Shown: positions 20,695 through 31,879 of the stretch, piece by piece | Layout of the letters: every line of letters starts with the position of its first letter | Numbering within the stretch: position 1 is the stretch's first letter | Source: Arenicellales bacterium | GTDB lineage: Bacteria > Pseudomonadota > Gammaproteobacteria > Arenicellales > Poriferihabitantaceae | DNA length: 64,000 bases | Assembly: GCA_965200715.1 (NCBI GenBank) | Contig: OZ241374.1 | Coordinates: 1,048,474 to 1,112,473 of the forward strand | Direction: 5' to 3' | Position numbers and translations under genes: made by a program | The notes under the pieces: model-generated | Told to the model about the DNA's origin: nothing | Seen by the model: the letters and a program-made list of their open reading frames with translations, nothing else | Databases searched by the model: none

Positions 20695-21875
20695 ATGAAG
20701 GATGTTCGCAGTCGTCAGGGCAGACGGCGACTGGCCAGCGTATTGTCCCTGATTGCTGCGGCGATGTTAAGTGGTGCGATCGGGTATAAGGGCATCTGGA
20801 TCTGGTGTGATGAGTTGTCGCAGGCCAATCGTCGGCATTTCCACTGTCGAAGATGGAGAGGCAAGCGAATCACCCCTTCCATCACCTGTATTCGCAATAC
20901 CATGATCCAGGTGAATCCCGACCGCTTGCAACAGCTGGTCAACCGGTTCAGCATCCAGCATTTCGGTTTGCCTTTTGAGCCGCTTGCGATTGATGGCAAG
21001 GTGCTGTGCGGTTCGAAAGGCGAGGATCATCGTCAGACCCAGGTTATGAATGTAGTGGGGCATGACAGTGGGTTTTGCTATGCGAAAAAAAAGTAGGGAC
21101 GTTGCCGGTTGAGGGATCAGACGAGGAGAAGCAGTCGAACGAGATCAAGTTTTTCGCCCCGACTCTTGAGCAGATGGATATTGCCGGAAGGACGATCACG
21201 GCGGACGCGATGAATATCCAGATTGAATCGGCCAATTATGTGATCGAACGAGGAGCGGATTTTCATTTTTCGGTCAAGGGCAACCAGCCCGGTCTGCTGG
21301 AGGATATCCAGGTCTGGTATGAGCAGCAAGGTCAGTTTCAGGAGCCGGATTTCGAAGAGCCGTTGGAGAAAGATCATGGACGCATCACCCAACGCAAGAT
21401 CTGGGTAACCGATCAGTTGAATGGATATGTGAAATTCCCACATGTACAACAGGTATTTGTGATTGAGCGCAACGTCCAAGACCCCAAGGGAAAAAATCCA
21501 GATCGTGTCGAGATCGTATATGGGATTACCTCGCGAAGCAAAGAGGAGTCGAACGCAGAAGAAATTCTCAGCACCAACCGAGGCCATTGGGCAGTAGAAA
21601 TCGCCCATCATGTATTGGACGATCCGCAGGCCTTCAACGAAGACGGCAGTCGCATCCGTTGCGGGCACGGTCCGGAAAACATGGCCTGCATGCGACGCCT
21701 TGCCCTGACCCTGCTACGCTATTATCAGCAGCGCAATCGTCAGCCGATCACGGAACAGATCGAACGACTGAAGTACAATCCACGACGCGTGCTCGACTAT
21801 CTCAAGCTGACCGGCAACACCCGGCCTAGAAGGCGATCACCAACCGAGTGTTGGCCGCTATCGCTAGCTACCTAA
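20695..21875 (+). mobile_element. ISAs1-family transposase in two frames (20695-21096 and 21075-21875)
   Basis: AIDGKVLCGS, SNEI, ITADAMN, VKGNQPGL, DHGRI, RGHWAVE, FNEDGSRIR motifs; frames joined at an A8G run. Confidence 0.9.
21085..21096 (+). other. Putative -1 frameshift site A_AAA_AAG directly before stop
   Basis: GCG AAA AAA AAG TAG in ORF1; ORF2 is in the -1 frame. Confidence 0.7.
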
Positions 21876-22139
21876 GACAACCGACTGATATCTGCTGATT
21901 TTCGGTGGTGCCCGATGGGCACCAGGCATGCGCTCGTGCCGGTGTTGCCCACAGCACCGAAATCCTGGCGAAAGGATGCTCAATTCCAACGGATTAGCCG
22001 AATATCCGTCTAACCAACGCCCCCTGACCACATACAAATGGAAAAACAACCTCTGAAACCGAGCAAAAACGAGCGAATAAAAAAGAATAAATTTGCCTTG
22101 CGAAAATGATACTTGGATGCGAAATCAAAGCGCTGGCTA

Positions 22140-22148
22140 TGTTATAAT
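22140..22148 (+). promoter_or_regulatory. Extended -10 promoter for gyrA
   Basis: TGTTATAAT (TG-N-TATAAT) about 120 bp upstream of gyrA ATG. Confidence 0.7.
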
Positions 22149-22269
22149 TGTGACTTGAAGAAATGCCCCTGTGCGACCACTCCAAACCTTTTAATTCCGT
22201 TTCCTTATTTTACCTCTGTTTTGTGCGTTTTGCGGGCAGTGGGTCTCGGTTTCTTACGACTTACCTGTT

Positions 22270-24909
22270 ATGAATGATATCCCATTTGCATTAGAGACTC
22301 TCCCGGCCAATCTGGAGAAAGAAATGCGTCAATCGTATCTGGATTACGCTATGAGTGTAATTGTGGGTCGTGCCTTACCCGATCTTCGAGATGGCCTCAA
22401 ACCAGTCCACCGTCGCGTTCTCTATGCCATGCTTGAATCGGGTAATGATTGGAATAAACCGTACAAGAAATCAGCGCGCATAGTCGGTGAGGTGATCGGA
22501 AAGTATCATCCACATGGAGACAGTGCGGTTTACGACACGATTGTTCGTCTTGCCCAGACTTTTTCGATGCGTTATACGCTCGTGGATGGACAAGGAAACT
22601 TTGGATCGGTTGATGGAGATGCTCCCGCGGCTATGCGTTATACGGAAATTCGCTTATCGAAAATTGCCCATGAGTTACTGATCGATATCGACAAGGAAAC
22701 CGTAGATTTTGGTCCAAATTATGATGATACCGAGACACAGCCACTAGTATTACCGACGCGTATTCCGAATCTATTGATCAATGGTTCTGCTGGTATCGCT
22801 GTTGGTATGGCGACCAATATCCCACCGCACAATCTCAGTGAAACGATCGATGCATGTCTGGCTCTGATCAGAAATCCAGAGCTTTCCGTCAGCGATTTGA
22901 TGGAGTACTTACCTGGCCCGGATTTTCCTACTGCTGGAATAATTTTGGGTTCACAAGGGATTCGTCAAGCCTATGAAACAGGTAGAGGCCGTGTGATTGT
23001 CCGTGCCAAAACTGAATTTCAGACGCTCGATAATGGACGCGAATGTATTGTTGTTCATGAATTGCCATATCAGGTAAATAAAGCACATTTGCTGGAGAAG
23101 ATTGGCGAGTTGCACCGAAATAAACGCATTGAAGGTATCGCAGCACTTCGTGATGAATCAGATAAGTCAGGAATGCGAATGGTGATTGAAGTTAAGCGCG
23201 GCGAGCAAGCAGAGGTATTGCTTAATAATCTCTACTCGCAGACCCGAATGCAAACTGTGTTCGGAATTAACATGGTCGCCCTGAATGACAATCAACCCAA
23301 CCTGTTCGGGCTCAAGCAAATTCTTGAGAAGTTTGTGGCGCATCGTCGTGAAGTGGTTACACGAAGAACCTTATTTGAACTGAGTAAGGCAAGAGATCGC
23401 GCGCACACTCTTGAGGGATTAGCGGTTGCCCTATCAAATGTTGATGAGGTTATTGCCTTAATCCGTGGAGCCAGCAATCCAGCAGAGGCTAAGGAGAAAT
23501 TGCTCAAGAAACTCTGGAACCCTGGAGTCGTTGAAGAATTAATCTCAAACAGAGACAGTTCTCTGTCAAGGCCCCTTGGTCTAGATGATAAATATGGTAT
23601 TAACGCAGAGGGATATCGTCTAACCGCTGAGCAGGCTCAGGCGATTCTTGAATTGCGATTGCAACGATTGACAGGACTTGAAAGAGAAAAAATCATTAAG
23701 GAATACACCGAGATTATTGAACAAATTCGCGAGTTACTGTTGATATTGGATGATCCTGATCGATTGCTTGAAGTAATCTGTGAAGAACTTGAATCAATTC
23801 GAGAAACTTTTGATGAACCTCGCCGGACAGAGATCGCTGAAGGTATGGTTGACCTGACTCTGGCGGATCTAATCCCAGTGGAAGATTTGGTTGTTACCAT
23901 TTCTCGAGAAGGTTATGCGAAAGCACAAAAAGTATCCGAATACAGCTCGCAGAAGCGGGGAGGAAAGGGGAAGATTGCGACACGTACCAAGGAGGAAGAC
24001 ATCGTGGAGCGGATGTTTGTAGCCAATTCACATGAAACAATTCTGTGTTTTTCAACAATGGGAAAAGTCTACTGGCTGAAAGCCTATGAGTTCCCGCAAG
24101 CTGGAAGGCATGCTCGTGGTAAACCACTGGTTAATCTTTTACCTCTGGTAGCGGATGAACAAATCACAGCAGTGTTGCCAATCGGTGAGTTCGATCATGA
24201 AAAAACACTGGTGATGGTAACTTCTCGAGGGATTATCAAGCGCTGTGCGATGAGTGCTTTCTCGAGGGCTAGAAGTACCGGTTTGATTGCGGTTAATCTC
24301 CTTGAAGATGATTATCTCATCGATGTTGCACTAACTGATGGGTCTAGGGACATTATGCTAATCAGTGATAAGGGACGAGCGATTCGGTTTTCTGAATCCA
24401 TCTTGCGGACGATGGGACGAGCGGCGCGTGGTGTTCGCGGAATTCGACTAGGTGATGCTGCCCGTGTGATTTCAATGGTCGTCCTGCCATCTGCAACTGA
24501 ACAGTCCAATACAGATTCGAACTTGCAGTCAACAATTCTGATTTGCACAAAAAACGGATTTGGCAACAGAACTTCGATCAAAGATTATCCTTGCAAAGGG
24601 CGTGCAGGGAAGGGTGTGATTGCGATAAAAACCACCGAACGCAATGGGCAAGTAGTAGCAGCACATATAGTCGAAAACGAAGATGAGGTTATGTTGATTA
24701 CAAATGGTGGTACGTTGATTCGTACAAACGTCAGGGATATTTCGGTAATTGGCCGAAATACTCAAGGAGTTCGTCTGATTTCCCTAAATGAAGGAGATAC
24801 TTTGGTCAGTATGACCAAGATTGTTGAACCGGATGTAGGAGAAGAAGATCACGAAACTGACACTGTCGTAGTGGATAGTACGAGAGAAATTATCAAGACC
24901 AGCGATTAA
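22270..24909 (+). CDS. gyrA: DNA gyrase subunit A
   Basis: [26 protein letters not shown] catalytic Tyr, GyrA-box QKRGGKG. Confidence 0.98.
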   Translation: MNDIPFALETLPANLEKEMRQSYLDYAMSVIVGRALPDLRDGLKPVHRRVLYAMLESGNDWNKPYKKSARIVGEVIGKYHPHGDSAVYDTIVRLAQTFSMRYTLVDGQGNFGSVDGDAPAAMRYTEIRLSKIAHELLIDIDKETVDFGPNYDDTETQPLVLPTRIPNLLINGSAGIAVGMATNIPPHNLSETIDACLALIRNPELSVSDLMEYLPGPDFPTAGIILGSQGIRQAYETGRGRVIVRAKTEFQTLDNGRECIVVHELPYQVNKAHLLEKIGELHRNKRIEGIAALRDESDKSGMRMVIEVKRGEQAEVLLNNLYSQTRMQTVFGINMVALNDNQPNLFGLKQILEKFVAHRREVVTRRTLFELSKARDRAHTLEGLAVALSNVDEVIALIRGASNPAEAKEKLLKKLWNPGVVEELISNRDSSLSRPLGLDDKYGINAEGYRLTAEQAQAILELRLQRLTGLEREKIIKEYTEIIEQIRELLLILDDPDRLLEVICEELESIRETFDEPRRTEIAEGMVDLTLADLIPVEDLVVTISREGYAKAQKVSEYSSQKRGGKGKIATRTKEEDIVERMFVANSHETILCFSTMGKVYWLKAYEFPQAGRHARGKPLVNLLPLVADEQITAVLPIGEFDHEKTLVMVTSRGIIKRCAMSAFSRARSTGLIAVNLLEDDYLIDVALTDGSRDIMLISDKGRAIRFSESILRTMGRAARGVRGIRLGDAARVISMVVLPSATEQSNTDSNLQSTILICTKNGFGNRTSIKDYPCKGRAGKGVIAIKTTERNGQVVAAHIVENEDEVMLITNGGTLIRTNVRDISVIGRNTQGVRLISLNEGDTLVSMTKIVEPDVGEEDHETDTVVVDSTREIIKTSD

Positions 24910-25997
24910 TGGCAAAAGAAATAAGAAATATGATTGAAGATTTTCGGGATCAAATCGATACCATTGATCTAGAAATACTCAAATTGATGAATCTCAGGCT
25001 CGATTTTGCCGCCAAAATTGCTGAGATCAAACAGGAGCAAAAAAATCCTGATTACTATCGACCAGAACGTGAAGCGCAAATATTGAGACGGTTACAGCAG
25101 TGCAATCGAGATGGACATATGTCCGATGCTGCGATTGAGAGCCTGTTTCGGGAAGTTATGTCGATTACTCGACACTCAGAATCCGAATTGTCGGTCTCTG
25201 TTTTGGGCCCGCCTGGTACTTATACTGAAGCAGCTGCACGCAAACATTTTGGCCAAGCGATTCATATTATTGATCATCCAACAATCGATGAAATATTTAA
25301 GTCAACAGAGACCGGCGCAACTGATTTTTCCGTAGTACCGGTTGAAAATTCAACTGAAGGAGGTGTGATCGGAACACTAGATCGTCTTTGCACTACCGTT
25401 CTCACCGTGTGTGGTGAAATCAATCTAGAAATCAACCACTCCTTGCTCAGCAAATCCAATTCTCTAGATCAGGTCAAGGTGATTTATGCACATACTCAGT
25501 CACTTGGTCAATGCCGAAATTGGATTGAAAGGAATTGCTCTGACGCTGAGAGAATACCGGTCGGCAGTAATGCCGATGCAGCAGTCAAGGTTGCGGATGA
25601 ACCGAACAGTGCAGCGATTGCAAGTAGTATTGCTGCCGATCGATACGGTCTGAAGGTATTAGTTGAGAATATCGAAGATGACCCCGGGAATTCCACTCGC
25701 TTTCTAGTTCTCTCGAAACGTCCAACACCTCCAAGCGGTAAAGACAAAACCTCTCTAATTGTTGCTGCGGCCAATAAACCCGGCTCTTTGGTCGAGTTAT
25801 TAATGCCTCTATGGGACGAAAAAGTTGACATGACTCGTCTCGAATCCAGGCCATCAAAGATTGGTTTGTGGGCCTATGTATTTTTTATTGACATCATTGG
25901 ACATCAGGACGAAGAACATGTTGATCGAGCCTTGCAAACTCTTCGCTCTAAAGCGGGTTTCTACAAGAATCTAGGGTCATACCCATCTGCTGTATGA
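24909..25997 (+). CDS. pheA: Chorismate mutase/prephenate dehydratase
   Basis: N-terminal CM domain (RDQIDTID...RPERE), LGPPGTYTE, PVENSTEG, TRF, ESRP ACT domain. Confidence 0.95.
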   Translation: MAKEIRNMIEDFRDQIDTIDLEILKLMNLRLDFAAKIAEIKQEQKNPDYYRPEREAQILRRLQQCNRDGHMSDAAIESLFREVMSITRHSESELSVSVLGPPGTYTEAAARKHFGQAIHIIDHPTIDEIFKSTETGATDFSVVPVENSTEGGVIGTLDRLCTTVLTVCGEINLEINHSLLSKSNSLDQVKVIYAHTQSLGQCRNWIERNCSDAERIPVGSNADAAVKVADEPNSAAIASSIAADRYGLKVLVENIEDDPGNSTRFLVLSKRPTPPSGKDKTSLIVAAANKPGSLVELLMPLWDEKVDMTRLESRPSKIGLWAYVFFIDIIGHQDEEHVDRALQTLRSKAGFYKNLGSYPSAV

Positions 25998-26000
25998 GCA

Positions 26001-26891
26001 ATGAATAGTAGCTCTCCATTAATTCGAAAACTCATTATAGTAGGAGTGGGTTTGATTGGAGGCTCCCTAGCATTGGCATTACGTAGAGTGGGTGCTGTAG
26101 AAGAAATCGTAGGTATTGGTCGCAGTGAGTTCAATCTCGAAACAGCCCTAAAAGTCGGTGCTATCGATCAGGTGGCCTCTCGGCTTATTGATGTTGTGCA
26201 TGATGCAGATATAGTAGTGCTGGCTACACCAGTGAATTCAATTAACCAGTATTTGGCAGAATTATCAGTAAAGTTGCCAAAGGGTATTGTGATCACCGAT
26301 GTAGGGAGCGTTAAGCAAGAAATCATGCTTACCGCTAAAAAGTGCCTGAAAGAGCAATACAGGAATTTTGTCCCCGGACATCCAATCGCAGGACGTGAAA
26401 GTTCTGGCATTAATGCGGCGAATTCCAGATTGTTTGAGAATCACAATGTCGTATTAACTCCCGATGAGAATACCGACCCCCATGCAATTGCCCTGATTAA
26501 GAACATGTGGTTGAAAGCTGGTGCATCAATCATTCTTATGGATCGCAAAGAGCATGATGCGGTATTGTCAATAACTAGTCATTTGCCACATATTCTGGCC
26601 TATGCAATGATGAATTATTTGGCCGATGATATCAATGCCGGTCGTTGTTATCAGATGGCCGCTGGTGGGTTTTACGATTTTACAAGAACTGCATCGAGTG
26701 ATCCTGAAATGTGGAGAGATATTTCTTTTATGAACAAAGATTGCTTGTTGGAAGATATCCGTAGATTTCAAAACCGATTAGAAGATATTGCTAATTTGAT
26801 TCAAAATGATGAAGATGCGAAGTTGAGACAGTTGTTTCAGGATGCACGACAGGCCCGATCACTGGTTACGGAGAGAAGAAATTCATGCTAG
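26001..26891 (+). CDS. tyrA: Prephenate/arogenate dehydrogenase
   Basis: GVGLIGGS, TDVGSVK, GHPIAGRE, HD...SHLPH, GFYDFTR. Confidence 0.92.
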   Translation: MNSSSPLIRKLIIVGVGLIGGSLALALRRVGAVEEIVGIGRSEFNLETALKVGAIDQVASRLIDVVHDADIVVLATPVNSINQYLAELSVKLPKGIVITDVGSVKQEIMLTAKKCLKEQYRNFVPGHPIAGRESSGINAANSRLFENHNVVLTPDENTDPHAIALIKNMWLKAGASIILMDRKEHDAVLSITSHLPHILAYAMMNYLADDINAGRCYQMAAGGFYDFTRTASSDPEMWRDISFMNKDCLLEDIRRFQNRLEDIANLIQNDEDAKLRQLFQDARQARSLVTERRNSC

Positions 26892-26929
26892 TTGAACCCG
26901 AAAGGATATAAATCCGGTTAGATTAGAAG

Positions 26930-28243
26930 ATGAGTGCTGTGATATATCATACCCATCCTTCACAGAAACTTCATGGGCAATTACGAGTTGCCAGCGACAA
27001 GTCCATTTCTCATCGTGCAGTAATATTGGGTTCAATCGCGAATGGAAAGACAAGTATCACGAATCTTTTGGAAGGAGAAGATGTGCTTGCAAATATTCGA
27101 GCTTTTCAGGCGATGGGGGTAAATATCATTCGTAATATTGATGAGCAGGATCCCATTTATTTCATTGATGGAGTTGGCATGGATGGCCTAGAGTCACCAG
27201 GTCAAGATTTGGATCTTGGTAATTCAGGAACCGCTTTTCGATTAATTACTGGCCTCTTGGCGAGTCACAAGTTTTCATCAACCCTAACGGGAGATGAGTC
27301 TTTGTTACAACGCCCAATGTCGAGAATCATTGAACCACTACGGCAAATGGGTGCGATCATAGACTCAGAAAATGGCAAGCCTCCATTGTCAATTGAGCCC
27401 TGTAATGGACTGACAGGTATTCAATACCGTCCAGTCGTAGCATCTGCACAGGTAAAATCGGCGGTATTGCTGGCAGGATTGAGGGCAAGTGGAGAAACTC
27501 GGTTAATTGAGTCAGCACTTACTCGGGATCATACCGAAAAACTGCTATCTGGTTTTGGATATCCGATTTCCGTTTCTGGAACGGATATTTGTCTTGAAGG
27601 GGGACATGCGTTAACCGCAACTCAAATTGACGTGCCGGCTGATCTCTCTTCAGCAGCCTTTTTCATTGTCGCTGCACTCATCGTTCCAGGAAGTCGACTG
27701 GAGTTGAAAGACGTTGGAATAAATCCCCGTCGAACAGGTATTTTGACTATTTTAAGACGAATGGGTGCAGATATTGAGATTACGCATAGGAGAATACAAG
27801 GGGGTGAAGATGTCGCCGATCTAATTATCACTAGCTCGTCACTAAACGGCTGTGAAATCTCAGGAGATGATGTTGCTTTCGCAATCGATGAGATGCCGGT
27901 AATTTGCATTGCTGCAGCTGCTGCAAATGGAGAAACGATCATTCATGGAGCTAGTGAGTTAAGGGTCAAGGAAAGTGATCGCATCAAGGCTGTTACTGAA
28001 GGATTGCAACGACTGGGTATTGAAGTTGAAGAGCGGGTAGATGGCATGAAAATACGTGGAGGCAAGTTCCTCTCTGCTGAGATTGACAGTTATAGGGATC
28101 ACCGAATTGCAATGGCATTCAGTGTAGCGGGTATGATCGCAAAAGGAGATATCAAAATTATGAATTGTGAGAATGTCGCAACTTCATTTCCGAATTTTGT
28201 TGAGTTAGCCAATCAAGCTGGTATGTGGATTACTGCCGAATGA
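26930..28243 (+). CDS. aroA: EPSP synthase (class II)
   Basis: DKSISHR, LGNSGT, SAQVKS, RDHTE, RVKESDR, DHRIAM. Confidence 0.96.
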   Translation: MSAVIYHTHPSQKLHGQLRVASDKSISHRAVILGSIANGKTSITNLLEGEDVLANIRAFQAMGVNIIRNIDEQDPIYFIDGVGMDGLESPGQDLDLGNSGTAFRLITGLLASHKFSSTLTGDESLLQRPMSRIIEPLRQMGAIIDSENGKPPLSIEPCNGLTGIQYRPVVASAQVKSAVLLAGLRASGETRLIESALTRDHTEKLLSGFGYPISVSGTDICLEGGHALTATQIDVPADLSSAAFFIVAALIVPGSRLELKDVGINPRRTGILTILRRMGADIEITHRRIQGGEDVADLIITSSSLNGCEISGDDVAFAIDEMPVICIAAAAANGETIIHGASELRVKESDRIKAVTEGLQRLGIEVEERVDGMKIRGGKFLSAEIDSYRDHRIAMAFSVAGMIAKGDIKIMNCENVATSFPNFVELANQAGMWITAE

Positions 28244-28914
28244 TCGATCCGTCAAGAACAAGTGTCCCGGTTATCGCAATTGACGGACCAGGTGGTTCCG
28301 GCAAAGGTACGGTTTCTACTGCCGTTGCTCGCTATTTTGGCTGGCATTATCTGGATAGTGGAGCTATATATCGGGTGTTAGGTTATCTGGCACACGTGAA
28401 GCAGGTTAGTGAGGATGATGTATCGGGTTTGGTGGCGCTCACTCATAATCTTGATATAGTGTTCGCAGAAGAGGGAATTTTTCTTGATGGACAGAATGCT
28501 GAAGGCTTGATTCGAACAGAAGAAGCAGCTGACCGCGCTTCAAGGATTTCCCCAATTCCGGAGGTACGACGTTCATTATTACAATGGCAACGCAATCAGG
28601 CACGACTTCCCGGCCTTGTCAGTGATGGTAGAGATATGGGCAGTGTGGTATTTCCAGATGCATTATGTAAGTTTTTTATCACGGCAAATTCACAAAAAAG
28701 AGCAGAGCGTCGTTATAAACAGTTGAGAGAAAAAGGTTTCGATGTTAGAATTGAGCAATTGCTTCGAGAAATCGCTGAGCGCGATGAGCGTGATGCGATG
28801 CGTAAGGCTTCCCCTCTCAAACCAGCTGAGGATGCCACAGTCATTGATACGACAGAAATGAATGTCGATGATGTGATTTCAACGGTGCTTGAAGAAATCG
28901 AACGATTTCTTTGA
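28240..28914 (+). CDS. cmk: Cytidylate kinase
   Basis: IDGPGGSGKGT, YLDSGAIYR, DGRDMG; ATGA overlap with aroA stop. Confidence 0.95.
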   Translation: MIDPSRTSVPVIAIDGPGGSGKGTVSTAVARYFGWHYLDSGAIYRVLGYLAHVKQVSEDDVSGLVALTHNLDIVFAEEGIFLDGQNAEGLIRTEEAADRASRISPIPEVRRSLLQWQRNQARLPGLVSDGRDMGSVVFPDALCKFFITANSQKRAERRYKQLREKGFDVRIEQLLREIAERDERDAMRKASPLKPAEDATVIDTTEMNVDDVISTVLEEIERFL

Positions 28915-29126
28915 TCGTTCCAGCGGGGGAGTCCTTTTGCTTAGCGAACAGAGCTTATTTATTTGGGTTGTCTGCTTTGGTATGATTTCGGTAACTACAT
29001 AATGTAACGAAGTATTTACCTGATCGGGCATTTTTTTTACGATTGACCGTTTCCCAACTACGACTGGAGTTAAACTAGACCATTTTACGGCGGGTTGGGG
29101 AATGACTTTATATACAAAATTGACTT

Positions 29127-30809
29127 ATGGAAAATTTTGAAGCGTTATTGAATGAGAGCATGGATGCTGTCGAAATGAAGCCTGGCGAGCTGATCATGGG
29201 CGATGTTATGGAGGCTAACGATGATTATGTTATTATCAGTGTTGGTCTCAAATCGGATGCTGAAGTCCCGGCTAACGAATTTAAAAATGCAGCTGGTGAT
29301 CTGACCGTCTCGATTGGAGACCGGGTTGAGGTTGCTTTAGAGGCTGTTGAGGATGGTAGCGGTAGTACTCGGGTCTCAAGAGAAAAGGCGATGCGATTTA
29401 GGGCTTGGGCAGAGGTGGCCGAAGCCTATGAGAGCGACAAAGTCGTTAATGGTATGATTGCCGGTAAAGTCAAAGGTGGATTCACGGTTGATCTTTATGG
29501 TCTTCGAGCATTTTTACCTGGTTCTTTGGTTGATATTCGGCCAATCAAGGATTCCGCATACATTGAAGGCCGAGACCTTGAGTTTAAAGTGATCAAACTC
29601 GATCAGAACAAGAACAATATTGTTGTTTCGCGACGTGCAATCGTGGAGAATGAACTGGTTGAAGAGCGAGAAAAACTACTCGAAACTCTGCAAGAGGGGC
29701 AGATTGTTTCTGGAATTGTCAAAAATCTTACTGACTATGGTGCATTTGTCAATTTGGGAGGTTTAGATGGCTTGTTGCACATTACTGATATCGCTTGGAA
29801 ACGTATTCGCCATCCTTCTGAGGTCTTAACTGTTGGGGATGAAGTCGAGGTTCGTGTTTTAAAATTTGATCGAGGTGAGGGGCGTGTTTCACTCGGGCTT
29901 AAGCAGCTTGGTCAAGACCCTTGGTTGGATTTGGCTGAATGTCACCCGATCGGGAGTAAACTTTTTGGTCGGGTAACAAACCTTACTGATTATGGAGCTT
30001 TCGTTGAGCTGCAAGAAGGTGTTGAAGGTCTTGTCCATTTATCCGAAATGGATTGGACGAAAAAGAATATCCATCCTGGCAGAGTCTGTCATATTGGTGA
30101 TGAAGTTGAGGTTATGGTCCTCGATATTGACTCAGAGAGGCGCCGAATTTCGCTAGGTATGAAACAGTGTATCGCAAATCCATGGGAAGAATTTGCAGCA
30201 ATTTACAAAAAAGGGGATCGTATTACCGGTCAAATTCGTTCAATCACTGACTTTGGTGTGTTTGTTGGGGTCGAAGGTGGTATTGATGGGTTGGTTCATC
30301 TCTCTGACTTGTCATGGGATCGACCGGGCGATCAGGTTGTCACCGAGTTTAAGAAAGGGGATGAGTTAACCGTTGTTGTTTTGTCAATTGATCCGGTTCG
30401 TGAGCGCATTGCACTCGGCCTCAAACAAGCGACCGAAGATCCCTTTCAGATTTACACATCAGCTTTTCCGAAAGGTAGTGTAGTCACTGGAGTAGTAACC
30501 AAAATAAAGGATCGATCCGCAACTATCGAACTAGCACCGAATATTGAAGGTCAAATTCGGATATCAGAACTTTCGAAAGAACATGTAGATAATATAAATA
30601 ACGTGCTGAAAATTGGTGATGAAATCGAAGCAAAAATTATGAATGCTGATAAAAAGGATCGTAAGATATCGCTTTCAATCAAGAAACTTGAAGCAGATTT
30701 AGAAGATGCTGTAAAGCATGAATACTCAAAAGATTCTAAAGTGGCCACCACGTTAGGTGATAAACTCAAGGCTCAACTGGAGTTACAAGCCACAGATCTA
30801 GACGAGTAA
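29127..30809 (+). CDS. rpsA: 30S ribosomal protein S1
   Basis: Six S1 repeats ([34 protein letters not shown]). Confidence 0.98.
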   Translation: MENFEALLNESMDAVEMKPGELIMGDVMEANDDYVIISVGLKSDAEVPANEFKNAAGDLTVSIGDRVEVALEAVEDGSGSTRVSREKAMRFRAWAEVAEAYESDKVVNGMIAGKVKGGFTVDLYGLRAFLPGSLVDIRPIKDSAYIEGRDLEFKVIKLDQNKNNIVVSRRAIVENELVEEREKLLETLQEGQIVSGIVKNLTDYGAFVNLGGLDGLLHITDIAWKRIRHPSEVLTVGDEVEVRVLKFDRGEGRVSLGLKQLGQDPWLDLAECHPIGSKLFGRVTNLTDYGAFVELQEGVEGLVHLSEMDWTKKNIHPGRVCHIGDEVEVMVLDIDSERRRISLGMKQCIANPWEEFAAIYKKGDRITGQIRSITDFGVFVGVEGGIDGLVHLSDLSWDRPGDQVVTEFKKGDELTVVVLSIDPVRERIALGLKQATEDPFQIYTSAFPKGSVVTGVVTKIKDRSATIELAPNIEGQIRISELSKEHVDNINNVLKIGDEIEAKIMNADKKDRKISLSIKKLEADLEDAVKHEYSKDSKVATTLGDKLKAQLELQATDLDE

Positions 30810-30849
30810 CATTTTAGTTATTATCTATTAACACAAGCGGAAAAGACTT

Positions 30850-31158
30850 ATGCCAGCACACAAATACAAGATCACTCTAACCAAGTCGAAACTTATTTAC
30901 AATTTATGGAAGAAGCATCCTCAAATGGAAGAAGAAGATATTGAGTGCGCCGTGCAATGTGTTTTAAATCGTATGATTAACGCACTTACTGAAGGGAGGC
31001 GGATTGAAATTCGAGGCTTTGGGAGCATGAATTTACATTATCGTCCTCGACGATTGAGTCGCAATCCGAAAACGGGGGAACCAGTGTTTGTTCCGGAGAA
31101 ATTTGCCCCTCATTTCAAGCCTGGGTATGAATTAAAGACAAGGGTAAATAATAAGTAA
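30850..31158 (+). CDS. ihfB: Integration host factor beta
   Basis: RIEIRGFGS, RNPKTGE, PHFKPG; follows rpsA. Confidence 0.92.
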   Translation: MPAHKYKITLTKSKLIYNLWKKHPQMEEEDIECAVQCVLNRMINALTEGRRIEIRGFGSMNLHYRPRRLSRNPKTGEPVFVPEKFAPHFKPGYELKTRVNNK

Positions 31159-31457
31159 GGAAAGGCATGTTTCGGCCTACACTGGAGTTCGATATCGATT
31201 TCGAAAATATTATACCTTGTGTCATCATGTTGCATCTTATTCTCCTCGGTTTCGCCTGTTTGGCTTGCGGATTTTCTCTTCAGGTTTCGATTTTATAAAT
31301 GCACCTTTGCACGGTTTCGAACTGTTACAGTGATTCAACCTCCATTCAATAGTTGATGTTTGTGATTTGGAACTGAAGTAGACGAAGTGAGGGTTGTTCA
31401 GAAGTTGGTGAAAAACAGAGTGGAAGTTTTAATCCATACGACCATCTGCCTAGCTAA

Positions 31458-31715
31458 GTGACCAAAATTTTCTATTCGTTGATAGTGGTCCTGATGTTGA
31501 TGATCGGGATTACTTTTCCTTATATGAATCATCAACAAGTTGAGCTTCGATATTTATGGTTATCTGGAGAATTCAATCTATCTCTACTCTTATTATGTGT
31601 CTTAATCATCGGTGTGGTGATCGGCTTTATCGGCAACTTTTGGGCTCTCGTTAAATGCCGAAGCAAGTTGTCTCAATCAAGACGTAAGACAAAAAATCTT
31701 GTGCCAAACAGCTAA
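31458..31715 (+). CDS. lapA: LPS assembly protein A (DUF1049-like)
   Basis: Two TM helices, N-x-Q-x-V motif, basic tail; lies between ihfB and lapB. Confidence 0.75.
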   Translation: MTKIFYSLIVVLMLMIGITFPYMNHQQVELRYLWLSGEFNLSLLLLCVLIIGVVIGFIGNFWALVKCRSKLSQSRRKTKNLVPNS

Positions 31716-31879
31716 AGCCGGATCGTTTTCAATATAGTCCACGGTTGTTGAGGCGCTATTGGATGGCTTTTGTGATGAATGTGAAAAGATCAATCGAGCG
31801 TAATTGAATTCAACTACCAAGTTTGGTCGGGTATAATCAAATCATCGATAAAGACCTGTCTATCTAATTATTCAACGAA

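Noticed and set aside
22160-22171. GAAATGCCCCTG as the ISAs1 right inverted repeat
   Set aside because: Lies downstream of the likely native gyrA -10 and no matching left end was found; IS ends remain undefined
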